Shown piece by piece: positions 19,709 through 29,315 of a stretch of 64,000 nt of DNA. The stretch spans positions 6,082,139-6,146,138 of the forward strand of contig OW818698.1 in assembly GCA_942493375.1 (NCBI GenBank), in the 5' to 3' direction. The notes beneath the pieces are model-generated. The model ran no database searches and was not told the DNA's origin. It saw only the letters and a program-made list of their open reading frames with translations. Origin of the DNA: Abditibacteriota bacterium. Lineage in GTDB: Bacteria; Armatimonadota; UBA5829. Every line of letters begins with the position of its first letter. Position 1 is the stretch's first letter. The translations under genes and the position numbers were made by a program.

Positions 19709-22700
19709 CTACCTGTTCATCGCCTCTATTGCCTTTGCTACGGCGGTTTTTATGCGTAGTACGGCATCCGGGTCGGGGAGGATCCTGGTGGATTTCTGCC
19801 CTCCGGCACTCGGCATATCAACCAGAGTGTTAGCATAAGCCAATGCTTTCTCGCCGACGTTTGCATCCTTGCCAGCAGCTTTGGCCTTATTTATAAGCTC
19901 CTGCAGCATGTATAGATACTCATAGTCCTCGGAGCCTTCTCTGGCCTGTTCCATTCGAATAGATGGAACAGGGCCATTGTGGCCGATAGGTGCACCCGGA
20001 TATGCTATATAGCCGTCCCCATTCGGGTATCGCACATAGTATGACTTGCCAGGGGTGTCACTCTGATGGATGTAGGAATGCCATCCGAACTTGTACGGAT
20101 CATACGTCAGCCAGGAACTCCCCCAGAACTCGTAAGATTCTACTCCATATTTAAAACAGTAGTGAGGAAGCAGGCGCTCTATCGCATTATAAGGTGTATC
20201 CGTGCACATCTGACCATCGGTGGTGAAACGTATCCGTGCCCCATCCGATCTGATCTTTTTGATAGTGCTTTCGGGGACTCCTCCGAAGTGTCCTATTCCC
20301 CACATTGTCAGGTAACTGTCCCATTCAGGGACGTGTCCCCAGGTGCTGGAGAAGATTGGAATTGCCGGATCTACTTCCTGGACCATACGGCAGAGCGCTT
20401 TCATTTGAGCAACTGTACCAGCCTGGCTGTAAAAAGGTTCGTCACTCATGTAGTAGACGACCTTTTTGTCCCAGCCCTTCTCTTTCATATGATCCCAGTA
20501 TACCTTTATACAAGATTGGACAGCTTTCTTAAACTCAGGACGCAATACATTCTTGTCCGCATCAGGATATGGATAATCACCTTCGTAGGGTTTTTCTCCG
20601 AATTTGGCATCAGGCGGGAACCCCCAACCGAACATGTAGAAATACCATGGAGTGTAAGTATGAGGCAGTTTCAGGACGTTGAAATAGTATTCTGCAGCCT
20701 TATCAAATTCTGTGAAGTCTGCGATAACTTTTCCGTTTTGATACGTAATATTTGGTTCCGGTTGAATACGGTCAGGAGATAATCTGTGCTTTGCCATAAA
20801 CTCCCAGTATTGGAATTTAGTCTGTTCAGATGTCTGTCCGGGTATCTGCCAGCGGTCGTTGAGTCCGGAGTCATAGACAGATGCGGTGTGCATTTCATCC
20901 GGCAGATCGAATCCCCATACATGGACAGTGAAAGGAACCTGCTTGATGGTCTTGCCATTGCACACAAAGCTCAGTTTGCCTGAGTAATCACCTGCTGGAG
21001 TTCCCTTCGGTGGGTTTACTGTGACCCATACCGGCTGTGTTGTATTTGCCTTCAAATCGAATGTATCTTTGGGCAGCAGTGGATCCGGCCACATTCCAGC
21101 CCATCCATCAGAAGAACCGAGAGTAGTTGGATATTTGCGGTACCACATTGGAGTTGTGCTGGAATAGTAGCTGGTAGCATGGTCGATAGGCACATATCCA
21201 ACTACTCCAATCTCCACATTGCTGAGCTTGTAACCAGCTTTGTCCTGAGGTAATGTGACTACTGCTTTGACTTGCTTGAGTGCTGCCGGACTTCGCAGAG
21301 CTATCTGCAAGGGTTCATATTCATTTCCTGCAACTGTGATTTGAGCAGGTGATATCTTTGCCGGTGGTGTATCTTCCTGGAACACTTTCTTTATTGCGTT
21401 TACAGGCCAGGCAGTGAGTCCATTGGCTAACAGTGATGAAGTTGCTGGTTGAGGACTGCCCACTGCTCCGCTTCCTACCTCTATGAACACTACACCATCG
21501 TGCCATACAGTTCCAGTGCAGCGCATTGTCAGATGCATCTGGAAGATCGAGGCTCCCTGTGGTATTTCAAACAGGCCTGATATAAGTGTCCAGCCTGCTG
21601 TGCCGCTGATTGCAGGGCCTGTGCCGGCATAGGTGACAACTTCGTCCTTGTCATTTCGGATGTGAGCATGAAGCTGCACGCCGTCACCGACTGTATCCTT
21701 GCATTTCACCCAGGCAGCATATAGATAAGTCCTGCCGGGAGTGACCGGTATCGACTGACGCCAACCCAGCCAGGCTGCTTTGGATGTTGCAGGGACTGAG
21801 ATTTTCAGGCATTGTTTGCCAAAAAGCGCATTGCTGTCAAAACCCAGGAATGCTCCCACTGGTTTGTCCCCTTCAGCGCTTCCGGGCCATTCGTCAGGGA
21901 GGACTTCTCCAACTTCGAAGTCAGCATTCTTAGCCAGATTCCGTGGGCTCTTGAGGAGCTTTTCATAATCGACTTTGGATGTTTCAGCGGATTTGAATGC
22001 CTGAGCGTTGTTGTTCTGCCTGGCATCCTCAGTAGTGCCCGTCTGCCTGACAGCGGCTTCCGTCTTGACCAGACTTACCTTGCCTTTAGTGGCGTATGGT
22101 AAATAGATAAAGTAAGTTTTGGATGTGTTTGCAGGGATATCTGAGCCAGCAAACAGTACCGAATCCACGAGGCGGACGTGACTGATTAATCGTTTACCCT
22201 CCATAACCTGCATCGTCTTCAGATCAGCTTCACCGCGCAGTCTGGAGATAGTGGCGGATAGGTTTACACTGACAAGTCCGGGTTTCACTGGAGTGCTGGT
22301 CAGGTTAGTCAGAGTCACTGGGACTCTCCATCCGAACTTCTTGCTTTGGGGCCATTTTGCATCTGCTCCGATTCCTTTGAGCATCAATTTCTCGGGTGCA
22401 AAGGCTTCGGCAGTAACGATGGCTTTAGCCGTAGTTTCCAGGCTTACATCGTCAAACCATGCGGTGCCGGTTCCGTAAAGGACAGTGCCAAGATCTGCTT
22501 TGTTGGCTTCGGCTGGAGCAGTAAACTCTGCGACAACCTCTTTCCAATCAAAAGTGCCCCCGCCGATAGTCGGCATGGGGGATATCATCATAGTATTGCT
22601 GTCGTTTCCGACATGGATATACCATCCGACCAGTCCGGTGGTGTTTAAACCCTTTACCCAGCCTTTCAGAGTATATTTTGCGCCGCCTACTATACGGATA

Positions 22701-23314
22701 TTGCTCTGCCGGGCTGATAGCCATGTGGACTGCGCTCCCGGTGAGACTACCGTTTTCAGGCATTTGCTGCCGGAGTGAGGGTTCTCTGATGTCCATGACA
22801 TATTGTGGGTGCTGTCACCGGTCTCGACCGACCAACCAAATGGACTGGTGCTATCACCCAATTCTACGCCGGTATTGGTCAATCCGCCTGCACCAGCAAG
22901 GAAATCCGGGACTTCCCAGGCGCTGGGATTGTCGAAATAGACCCATGAGTCAGTTTTTGACCCGGCAGGACATTCAATGGGGATCGTCAATATGCTACCA
23001 GCGAAAATCGGACCGGCTGTGAAGGGTCTAGCAGATGGATCAGTGATCAGCCATAGCATTTCGGTACCTTTGGAGTCACAGACTCTGATGCTCTGTGCTA
23101 GCACTCCTGTGAGTTGGATCTCTCCGGGGCCACTGCCGACTTTGAGAGTGACGGGTTCACCATTGACAGCTGACAATCCATTGTTAGTCGCCTGTACCCG
23201 AATACGTTGTTTCCAGTGCCCGTTGTTACCAAGATATAAATGGTCCTGCCAGTCTTGCGAGGAACAATTCACGCAAGCAAACAGGAAAAGCAGAGCAAAT
23301 AGATACCGAGACAT
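19709..23314 (-). CDS. Secreted protein with two CBM4_9-like carbohydrate-binding modules and a large C-terminal domain of unknown function (possibly glycosidase-like)
   Basis: Start at MSRYLF with GGAGG at 8-nt spacing. Signal peptide present. There are two jelly-roll modules: GWSVETGDSTHNMSW...AWFDDVSL, then NADFEVGEVLPDEWPGSAEG...VWHDGVVFIEV. It is co-directional with 16763..19585. Confidence 0.5.
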   Translation of the reverse strand: MSRYLFALLFLFACVNCSSQDWQDHLYLGNNGHWKQRIRVQATNNGLSAVNGEPVTLKVGSGPGEIQLTGVLAQSIRVCDSKGTEMLWLITDPSARPFTAGPIFAGSILTIPIECPAGSKTDSWVYFDNPSAWEVPDFLAGAGGLTNTGVELGDSTSPFGWSVETGDSTHNMSWTSENPHSGSKCLKTVVSPGAQSTWLSARQSNIRIVGGAKYTLKGWVKGLNTTGLVGWYIHVGNDSNTMMISPMPTIGGGTFDWKEVVAEFTAPAEANKADLGTVLYGTGTAWFDDVSLETTAKAIVTAEAFAPEKLMLKGIGADAKWPQSKKFGWRVPVTLTNLTSTPVKPGLVSVNLSATISRLRGEADLKTMQVMEGKRLISHVRLVDSVLFAGSDIPANTSKTYFIYLPYATKGKVSLVKTEAAVRQTGTTEDARQNNNAQAFKSAETSKVDYEKLLKSPRNLAKNADFEVGEVLPDEWPGSAEGDKPVGAFLGFDSNALFGKQCLKISVPATSKAAWLGWRQSIPVTPGRTYLYAAWVKCKDTVGDGVQLHAHIRNDKDEVVTYAGTGPAISGTAGWTLISGLFEIPQGASIFQMHLTMRCTGTVWHDGVVFIEVGSGAVGSPQPATSSLLANGLTAWPVNAIKKVFQEDTPPAKISPAQITVAGNEYEPLQIALRSPAALKQVKAVVTLPQDKAGYKLSNVEIGVVGYVPIDHATSYYSSTTPMWYRKYPTTLGSSDGWAGMWPDPLLPKDTFDLKANTTQPVWVTVNPPKGTPAGDYSGKLSFVCNGKTIKQVPFTVHVWGFDLPDEMHTASVYDSGLNDRWQIPGQTSEQTKFQYWEFMAKHRLSPDRIQPEPNITYQNGKVIADFTEFDKAAEYYFNVLKLPHTYTPWYFYMFGWGFPPDAKFGEKPYEGDYPYPDADKNVLRPEFKKAVQSCIKVYWDHMKEKGWDKKVVYYMSDEPFYSQAGTVAQMKALCRMVQEVDPAIPIFSSTWGHVPEWDSYLTMWGIGHFGGVPESTIKKIRSDGARIRFTTDGQMCTDTPYNAIERLLPHYCFKYGVESYEFWGSSWLTYDPYKFGWHSYIHQSDTPGKSYYVRYPNGDGYIAYPGAPIGHNGPVPSIRMEQAREGSEDYEYLYMLQELINKAKAAGKDANVGEKALAYANTLVDMPSAGGQKSTRILPDPDAVLRIKTAVAKAIEAMNR

Positions 23315-23420
23315 ATTCCAGACCTCCACAGCAAAATATTATTGAACTGATACTATGACTAAGTCATACGTCGTGTTTCTGTTATAATAAGACATCCGCT
23401 GGAAGGCGGACTGGAGGATT

Positions 23421-23624
23421 TTGATTATTATGGCTGTGCCAAATAGAAGTGAAATACGTCCTGGTCTGCGTGTAAGTATTGTTGAAAAACAGAATCAGCC
23501 CACAGGTCAGCTGACTCAGGGGATAGTGCAAAGACTTCTGACCAAGAGCCCATCCCATCCCCACGGTATAAAAGTTATGCTGCAAGACGGCAAAGTAGGC
23601 AGAGTCCAGTCAATAGTCCCATAA
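23421..23624 (+). CDS. ywbE: YwbE family protein (DUF2196)
   Basis: A 67-aa protein. RPGLRVSIVEKQNQPTGQLTQGIVQRLLTKSPSHPHGIKVMLQDGKVGRVQSI matches the YwbE/TIGR03833 pattern over its whole length. Confidence 0.7.
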   Translation: MIIMAVPNRSEIRPGLRVSIVEKQNQPTGQLTQGIVQRLLTKSPSHPHGIKVMLQDGKVGRVQSIVP

Positions 23625-23633
23625 CTACCTTGT

Positions 23634-23720
23634 CATTCTGAACGCAGTGAAGAATCTCGAAAAGCAGATTCTTCACTGCGTTCAGAATGACAAATGGACG
23701 TTCAGAATGACAAATACACC
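23634..23720. repeat. Perfect 24-bp-arm palindrome followed by direct repeats (family 2). Likely terminator for ywbE and the convergent GRE gene.
   Basis: CATTCTGAACGCAGTGAAGAATCT-CGAAAAG-CAGATTCTTCACTGCGTTCAGAATG, then ACAAATGGACGTTCAGAATGACAAAT. The motif GATTCTTCACTGCGTTCAGAATGACAA also occurs at 5363..5391. Confidence 0.7.
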
Positions 23721-25916
23721 TCAGACTACTGCCCGGTTTATGATCTCGTCTTGTATACTTTTTTCCAGAATGTTGAAGTATGCGCTGTAACCGGCTACCC
23801 TTACTACCAGGTTCGGATAGGCTTCGGGGTTGCTTTGGGCTTTGAGTAGAACGTCTTTATCTATCGCAGAAAGTTGAAGTATTGATCCATTATCCTGGAC
23901 AAATTTGTAAATCAATGCCGATACCACATCGTTAGTCAGTTTGTCTCCGGCTGGCAGGTTGATGTCCAATACTCCACCTCCTGCATACTTCTCCATGGGT
24001 ATTGTTGAAGCTGCATTTAACACAGATGTCAGGACTCCTGCATTCTTTTCAGCTGGTGACATACCCCTTGTGAAATACTGCCCGGACTTTCTGCCGTCCG
24101 GGGTTGCCTGGAACATACTCCCCCAGACTTTGAAGATAGTGTAAGTAAAGAGAGTTGCTTCGAACTTGCCCCCACGACCATTCGGTTGGCCGTTAGCAGC
24201 GTCTGCAACATCTGAACCTACCATTGCAGTAAACTCGTTGAGTTCAGGAGTATCTTCACCATACTTTGGAACGCGCCTAAGGACGTAGTCTTGAATATAC
24301 TCATATCCCACATAATCAGCATCCAACGCGGCTCTGAGTTCGTCCATCGTGCAGACCTTGTCGTCAAAGACCAGTTTTTTAACTCCCATCAGAGAATCTA
24401 ACAGAGATCCCAGGCCATTCAGGGATATTCCTGACGTGTTGTACCTGGCACCACCACCCAGTATGTCCACCGCCTTGCTCAAACAGTCGTCAACGCTGCA
24501 GGAGAGCATAGGGGAGGGGTTCATTATGACGGCCTTGGCTTCATATACTGCCCCCATCGCCGATATCGAGTCCAGCATTGCAGAAAGGTTCGTTTTGAAT
24601 GCCTGGTAGAACTCATCGAATGTCTTAGCTTTGGGGCCAGCATCAGTTAGTTTGAAATAATCAAGGTCCAGTGCTGTTGCCTTCTCAGGATGCAGGGTAA
24701 GCTGCAACGGCTTCAAGAGGTTTACATAGATGGTTGCTCTGAAATTGGACTCGGTGTTTTGCAATACGGGTTCCTGGCAGCCGCCGTTTACACCCAGTCT
24801 GCTGTCTTCAAGGCTCTTTCCGATCCTGACATTTGCGGCGATATTGGTTTCGTCTGCAAAAACAGCCAGAATATTGGTCTCAGATACCGTCAAGTCCGCA
24901 AGCAGATCTACATACTCTTTAGGACTGTCTACACAAACGTGAGCGTTGAGTTTCGGGTTGGAAAGGTGCAGGTCTTTGATCGCTCTGCAGATCATCTCTG
25001 TTATGTCGTTATAAACAGGCTTGCCTTCCCGGTCCATACCACCAATGTTCACAGTTGTTGAGGTTTCCGGTCCATTGGAAAGATCAAACCTTGCATCGGT
25101 TATAGCCATGAAAGACTGGATCAGATAGTATGCTTCATCGGGCGTTATACGTCCGGCTGCTAAGTCCGATTCATAATATGGCGCCAGCATGCGGTCGAGT
25201 TGTCCGTATATGCTGACTCCTATGCCTTCGAGTCCGCTGCAGGCTTCTCTGTAGAAAAGTATCGTGTTTAGGGCTTCATAGAAGCTGGTCGGAGCTTGAG
25301 CCGGGCATTTACGGGCTGTTTTGGAAATTTTGGTTAACCGATTAACTACATCCGGGTCAGTCTCGGTTTTAAGCATTGCATCAGCTAAATCGGCGTGTCG
25401 GTTGGCAAATGCAATCAGGCATTCCATTGAGACAATCGCAGCTTCCAGGAATTCTTTCTTGTCGGTTGTTTCGACAGTCTGAAGTCTCGTCAGTGCCTTT
25501 TGCCTGAGACCTTCAAGGCCATATTGCAATATATTGTCATAACCTGCGCACTGGTGGTCCCAGTCAATAAACTGCCAACTGACAAATGCTGCTTCTTCTC
25601 TGAATGCATCAATAATTGGCTGGACCAGAGCAGTATGCTCCCAGTTGCGTTCCCGCATCAGCGCTCCGACACCAGTCATTCCCCACATATTTCGCGGTCT
25701 GGAGTCTTCAATCACATAATAGAACGGACTCGTTTTGAACAGATGCACTTTGCAAGTTTCAAGCTCTGCAAGGTAGAGCATTTTTTTCTGAACGAAAGGA
25801 GACTGGTCATCGTTTAGTAATTGAAGCCACACATCTTTCGTGGCTGAAGTATCTGTGCTGGTATTGGAGTAGTATTGCTCATATTCCTGGAAGAACGCCT
25901 GCTTATCGAAATGCAT
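23721..25916 (-). CDS. Glycyl radical enzyme (PFL2 / glycerol dehydratase / CutC / HypD class)
   Basis: C-terminal glycyl-radical motif VVRVAGYSAYFNILEKSIQDEII. Active-site loop GVNGGCQEPVL. 731 aa. Confidence 0.75.
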   Translation of the reverse strand: MHFDKQAFFQEYEQYYSNTSTDTSATKDVWLQLLNDDQSPFVQKKMLYLAELETCKVHLFKTSPFYYVIEDSRPRNMWGMTGVGALMRERNWEHTALVQPIIDAFREEAAFVSWQFIDWDHQCAGYDNILQYGLEGLRQKALTRLQTVETTDKKEFLEAAIVSMECLIAFANRHADLADAMLKTETDPDVVNRLTKISKTARKCPAQAPTSFYEALNTILFYREACSGLEGIGVSIYGQLDRMLAPYYESDLAAGRITPDEAYYLIQSFMAITDARFDLSNGPETSTTVNIGGMDREGKPVYNDITEMICRAIKDLHLSNPKLNAHVCVDSPKEYVDLLADLTVSETNILAVFADETNIAANVRIGKSLEDSRLGVNGGCQEPVLQNTESNFRATIYVNLLKPLQLTLHPEKATALDLDYFKLTDAGPKAKTFDEFYQAFKTNLSAMLDSISAMGAVYEAKAVIMNPSPMLSCSVDDCLSKAVDILGGGARYNTSGISLNGLGSLLDSLMGVKKLVFDDKVCTMDELRAALDADYVGYEYIQDYVLRRVPKYGEDTPELNEFTAMVGSDVADAANGQPNGRGGKFEATLFTYTIFKVWGSMFQATPDGRKSGQYFTRGMSPAEKNAGVLTSVLNAASTIPMEKYAGGGVLDINLPAGDKLTNDVVSALIYKFVQDNGSILQLSAIDKDVLLKAQSNPEAYPNLVVRVAGYSAYFNILEKSIQDEIINRAVV

Positions 25917-26186
25917 GTATATGGCCCCGCTAATAATGAAATACTTACCAAGCCATTATACAACAATTTGGGTGAGTTCTGAATAATTGGCTAGAGAGGT
26001 AATAGTTCAGAGTTGCGAGAAGTTGTCATCCTTCGTTCCTCAGGATGACAATTTCCCATTAGTGAGTTGTTACCCAGAGAGTATTGATCTTTGAAGAATA
26101 AGTACACTTACATATAAGCATAATAGTGGATATTGCCGAAGATAAAGTATGCAGTTCTGGGTATTATATAGTTATTGGAGTTGTAA

Positions 26187-26957
26187 ATGCCGATCAAATC
26201 ATATTGGGATAAAGCTAAATACTGGATTTTCAAGGACCGTATACCTGTAACGATGAGTCTGCTGGTCTACAGCATGCTTATCTATGTCTTAGCTTCATTT
26301 GGACTGGGTATCGGTATTCTTGAGCATATGATATTTACATCCAGGGGTTTCATCACGAGCCCCTGGTCTTTAGTCACTTATCCTCTTGTTCCGGTTTTGG
26401 GCAGTATATTTGGTTTTCTTGCATCAATGTTCTGGCTGTGGATAGCTGGTGGGACTCTCGAGCGTTCGTGGGGGCCTACTAAGTTTGCAGCTTATATGGT
26501 TTTGAACACGGTGGTTTCTGCACTGGGACTGCTGATTGGTGGAATTCTGACTGGACACAATATGCAATTGCTTGGTCTTTGGCTTCCACTGGCAGGGATG
26601 ACAGTTGCATTTGCAGCCAAGAATCCCAATGAAAGCGTACTGTTCGCCTTTGTCATTCCCTTGAAACTAAAATACCTTGCAGTTATTTCCGCTGCTTCTG
26701 TGCTGATAAGCTTTGCATACGGTGGGTTTATAGTTGCAGTCTTTGCACTTCTGGGGTGTGCGTTCAGTCTTTGGTACGCGACAGGAATAAAGCTGCCATT
26801 CGATTTCAAACCCCGGCCAAAACCCAAGAACGTGATACGCGTATATCCGCGGGAAAGTGCAACAAGTAAACTGAACCCGTTTAAGTCCATAAAGGAACGT
26901 CAGGAGCAGGAGCGTCTGAAAAACATCCTGAAAAAATCGGGTATAGACGAGAAATAA
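26187..26957 (+). CDS. Rhomboid-like multi-pass membrane protein, possibly non-catalytic
   Basis: Six or seven TM helices. LWIAGGTLERSWG resembles the rhomboid L1/TM2 region. No clear GxSG serine motif was found. Confidence 0.3.
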   Translation: MPIKSYWDKAKYWIFKDRIPVTMSLLVYSMLIYVLASFGLGIGILEHMIFTSRGFITSPWSLVTYPLVPVLGSIFGFLASMFWLWIAGGTLERSWGPTKFAAYMVLNTVVSALGLLIGGILTGHNMQLLGLWLPLAGMTVAFAAKNPNESVLFAFVIPLKLKYLAVISAASVLISFAYGGFIVAVFALLGCAFSLWYATGIKLPFDFKPRPKPKNVIRVYPRESATSKLNPFKSIKERQEQERLKNILKKSGIDEK

Positions 26958-26960
26958 CCT

Positions 26961-27036
26961 AGCCCGCATTATTCATGATTAATGCAGCTTTTGCCCCTAC
27001 TGCCGGGCAAAAGCGAAGCTTGGTGAATAAAGCGGG
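26961..27036. repeat. Nested-hairpin intergenic repeat, family 1, copy 3, between convergent genes
   Basis: AGCCCGCATTATTCATGATTAATGCAGCTTTTGCCCCTACTGCCGGGCAAAAGCGAAGCTTGGTGAATAAAGCGGG. Confidence 0.8.
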
Positions 27037-28641
27037 TTATTTCTCCCAGTCCGGTCTTAACCTGTTCTGAGTTTCCCACAGGTCAAGTATCACAAGAGCG
27101 GACATTGATTCTATTACAGGGATGACCCTTGGGATAATGCAGGGATCGTGTCTCCCGAGCACACTGAGGTCGATATCATCACCGCTGTAAGTTGATGCCA
27201 GCTGGTTTGTTGAAACCGATGCAGTGGGCTTTATAGCAACCCTTATCAGGATCTCCTGGCCAGTGCTGATACCCCCCAGGATTCCTCCGGCATTATTGGA
27301 CTTAAATCCATCGGAACGTATAGGGTCGTTGTGCTGGCTGCCTCTCATCTTTACGCAGCTGAATCCTGAGCCTATTTCGAACCCTTTGACTGCACCCAGG
27401 CTGAGAATAGCTCTACCGATAAGTGCATCGAGTTTGTTGAAAACAGGATCGCCGAGTCCAGCAGGAACTCCATTTATCCGCAGTTCGATAATACCACCGA
27501 CTGAATCCCCGTCGTCTCGTGCAGATTCGATTGCCTTTATCATTTTTGGTGCTGCATTCGCATCAGCACATCTGACTGGATTGCGCTCGATTTCGTTGAT
27601 ATCAAAGCTTTCTGCACGAATACCACCCAGTTCCAATGCGTGAGCTGTAAATGTGACTCCTCTTGCAGCCATTATCTTCCTCGCCACTGTTCCACCAGCG
27701 ACTCTACCGGCAGTCTCTCTACCGGATGATCTTCCACCGCCGCGGTGATCGCGAATGGCAAACTTGCGCCAGAATGTGAAGTCAGCATGGCCTGGACGGA
27801 ATATCTCCCGCAGGTAGTCATATCTTCCTGAGTCCTGGTTGGTGTTTTCAATTACAAAGCATATAGGAGCGCCGGTGGTCCTACCTTCGAAGACTCCTGA
27901 TAGGATTTTCACTCTGTCAGGTTCATTCCTGGGAGTTGTTACGCTGCTCTGTCCAGGTCTTCTGCGGTCGAGTTCGGCTTGAATATCTTCTTCGGAGAGT
28001 TCGAGGCCTGGTGGAACACCATCCAGAACTGAACCTATCGCAGGTCCGTGGCTCTCTCCAAATGTGCTGACCCGGATTGCTTCTCCAATGGTGTTTGGTT
28101 CAGTTGTCCGCGTGGCCATCTCTTCAGATATACCATCGCTAACCTTCTCAGCAACTTCCACAGGAGTCAGTCCGGTAGTATCCACACATACATCCGTATA
28201 TGGATAAATAATCTCAATAGTCCGATCGAGTCTTTCGGTGAAGACTTCAAAACCGTTGTCTCCAGCATAGAATGGGGGAAGTCCACGACCTTTCATTCTC
28301 TCCCAGAGTATATCTTTATCTGCAGTGAGAAGCACGATGATGGATTTCTTGCGCAGGATTCTTCTGGATTCCGGGTTTACCAGCGCAGCACCACCGGTGC
28401 ATATAATCCGCCAGTCCAGGTCCTTGCAGGCCTCAACAGCTCTATGTTCCAGCTTTCTAAACGCAGGTTCACCTTCAGCCAGGCATATTTCCCTGCAGGT
28501 AGCCCGGGAACCAGTGTCTTCGGCGTAAATATCTTCAATCAGATCGTCAGTCTCAACAACACTCAGACCGAGTCTTCGGCTGACTTCCTGAGCAATTGTG
28601 CTTTTTCCGGAACCTTTGGGACCTGCAATTACTACCCGCAT
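27037..28641 (-). CDS. aroKC: Bifunctional shikimate kinase / chorismate synthase (AroK-AroC fusion)
   Basis: N-terminal P-loop VIAGPKGSGKSTIAQEVSRRLGL...ETDDLIE and the CTGGAA...LWERM lid are shikimate kinase. The C-terminal FGESHGPAIGSVLDGVPPGL...RRRPGQS...KILSGVFEGRTTG...FRPGHADFT...RGGGRSSGRET matches AroC nearly residue for residue. Confidence 0.85.
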   Translation of the reverse strand: MRVVIAGPKGSGKSTIAQEVSRRLGLSVVETDDLIEDIYAEDTGSRATCREICLAEGEPAFRKLEHRAVEACKDLDWRIICTGGAALVNPESRRILRKKSIIVLLTADKDILWERMKGRGLPPFYAGDNGFEVFTERLDRTIEIIYPYTDVCVDTTGLTPVEVAEKVSDGISEEMATRTTEPNTIGEAIRVSTFGESHGPAIGSVLDGVPPGLELSEEDIQAELDRRRPGQSSVTTPRNEPDRVKILSGVFEGRTTGAPICFVIENTNQDSGRYDYLREIFRPGHADFTFWRKFAIRDHRGGGRSSGRETAGRVAGGTVARKIMAARGVTFTAHALELGGIRAESFDINEIERNPVRCADANAAPKMIKAIESARDDGDSVGGIIELRINGVPAGLGDPVFNKLDALIGRAILSLGAVKGFEIGSGFSCVKMRGSQHNDPIRSDGFKSNNAGGILGGISTGQEILIRVAIKPTASVSTNQLASTYSGDDIDLSVLGRHDPCIIPRVIPVIESMSALVILDLWETQNRLRPDWEK

Positions 28642-29139
28642 CTATACTTCACCTGCATTAGATTATTGTTTAGCTATTATACCATGAGCCGGGGTGGCCT
28701 GGTTTGAATCGCGGATTGCGCGGAAATTTACGGATTTCGCGGAAGGGATTGAGGTAGGTGCATAACAGCGGGTTTGTTTTTATCGTGTATAAAGCAAAAG
28801 ATTAGGAAAAATGGATAATCTATATCAAATATATACAATACTATCTGATTTGTGGTGCTGTTCAGTTTTTGTGGAGTTATACTTACCCGGTATATTTACC
28901 TGGTAGCGAGCGCTGGTGGATTACTATGTGGTTGGTTCTAGGTGGCTGGAATATCATTGTGCAGGTATTTGAATATAAATAATATACAAACCGACTGATA
29001 GGTTGCTCGCTATCCTTACGTGGAATATCTACGGGAAGTGACGGAATACATTTACTCTGATGATTTGTAAATCTTTAACAGTGCATTGGGGCGGGTTTGT
29101 TTGAGGGTTGAGAGTGAAAACCTGAACATATGCAAAAAG

Positions 29140-29172
29140 TTATCCACAGAGTTATGCACAGGTTGTGGATAA
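29140..29172. promoter_or_regulatory. Cluster of three DnaA-box-like sites in the 674-bp leader upstream of aroKC
   Basis: TTATCCACA (29140-48), TTATGCACA (29152-60) and TGTGGATAA (29164-72, the reverse complement of the consensus) sit within 33 bp. The surrounding region is AT-rich. Confidence 0.45.
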
Positions 29173-29315
29173 GAAATCTGAACATCGGTCCTGTGTAGCT
29201 TTATTGCAAGCTGTGTGTAACTTTGCTGTAATCCATTTTTGCGCTAAATAGATACTGAAACTACCGTGGCTGCGGTGTATAGTTACCAGATTACAGCAAA
29301 GTTATACGGTTCATC

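Noticed and set aside
29140-29172. Calling the DnaA-box cluster the chromosomal origin
   Set aside because: There is no dnaA, dnaN or gidA nearby, and no gene-strand switch across the region. Genes on both sides are on the minus strand. It is kept only as a regulatory candidate.
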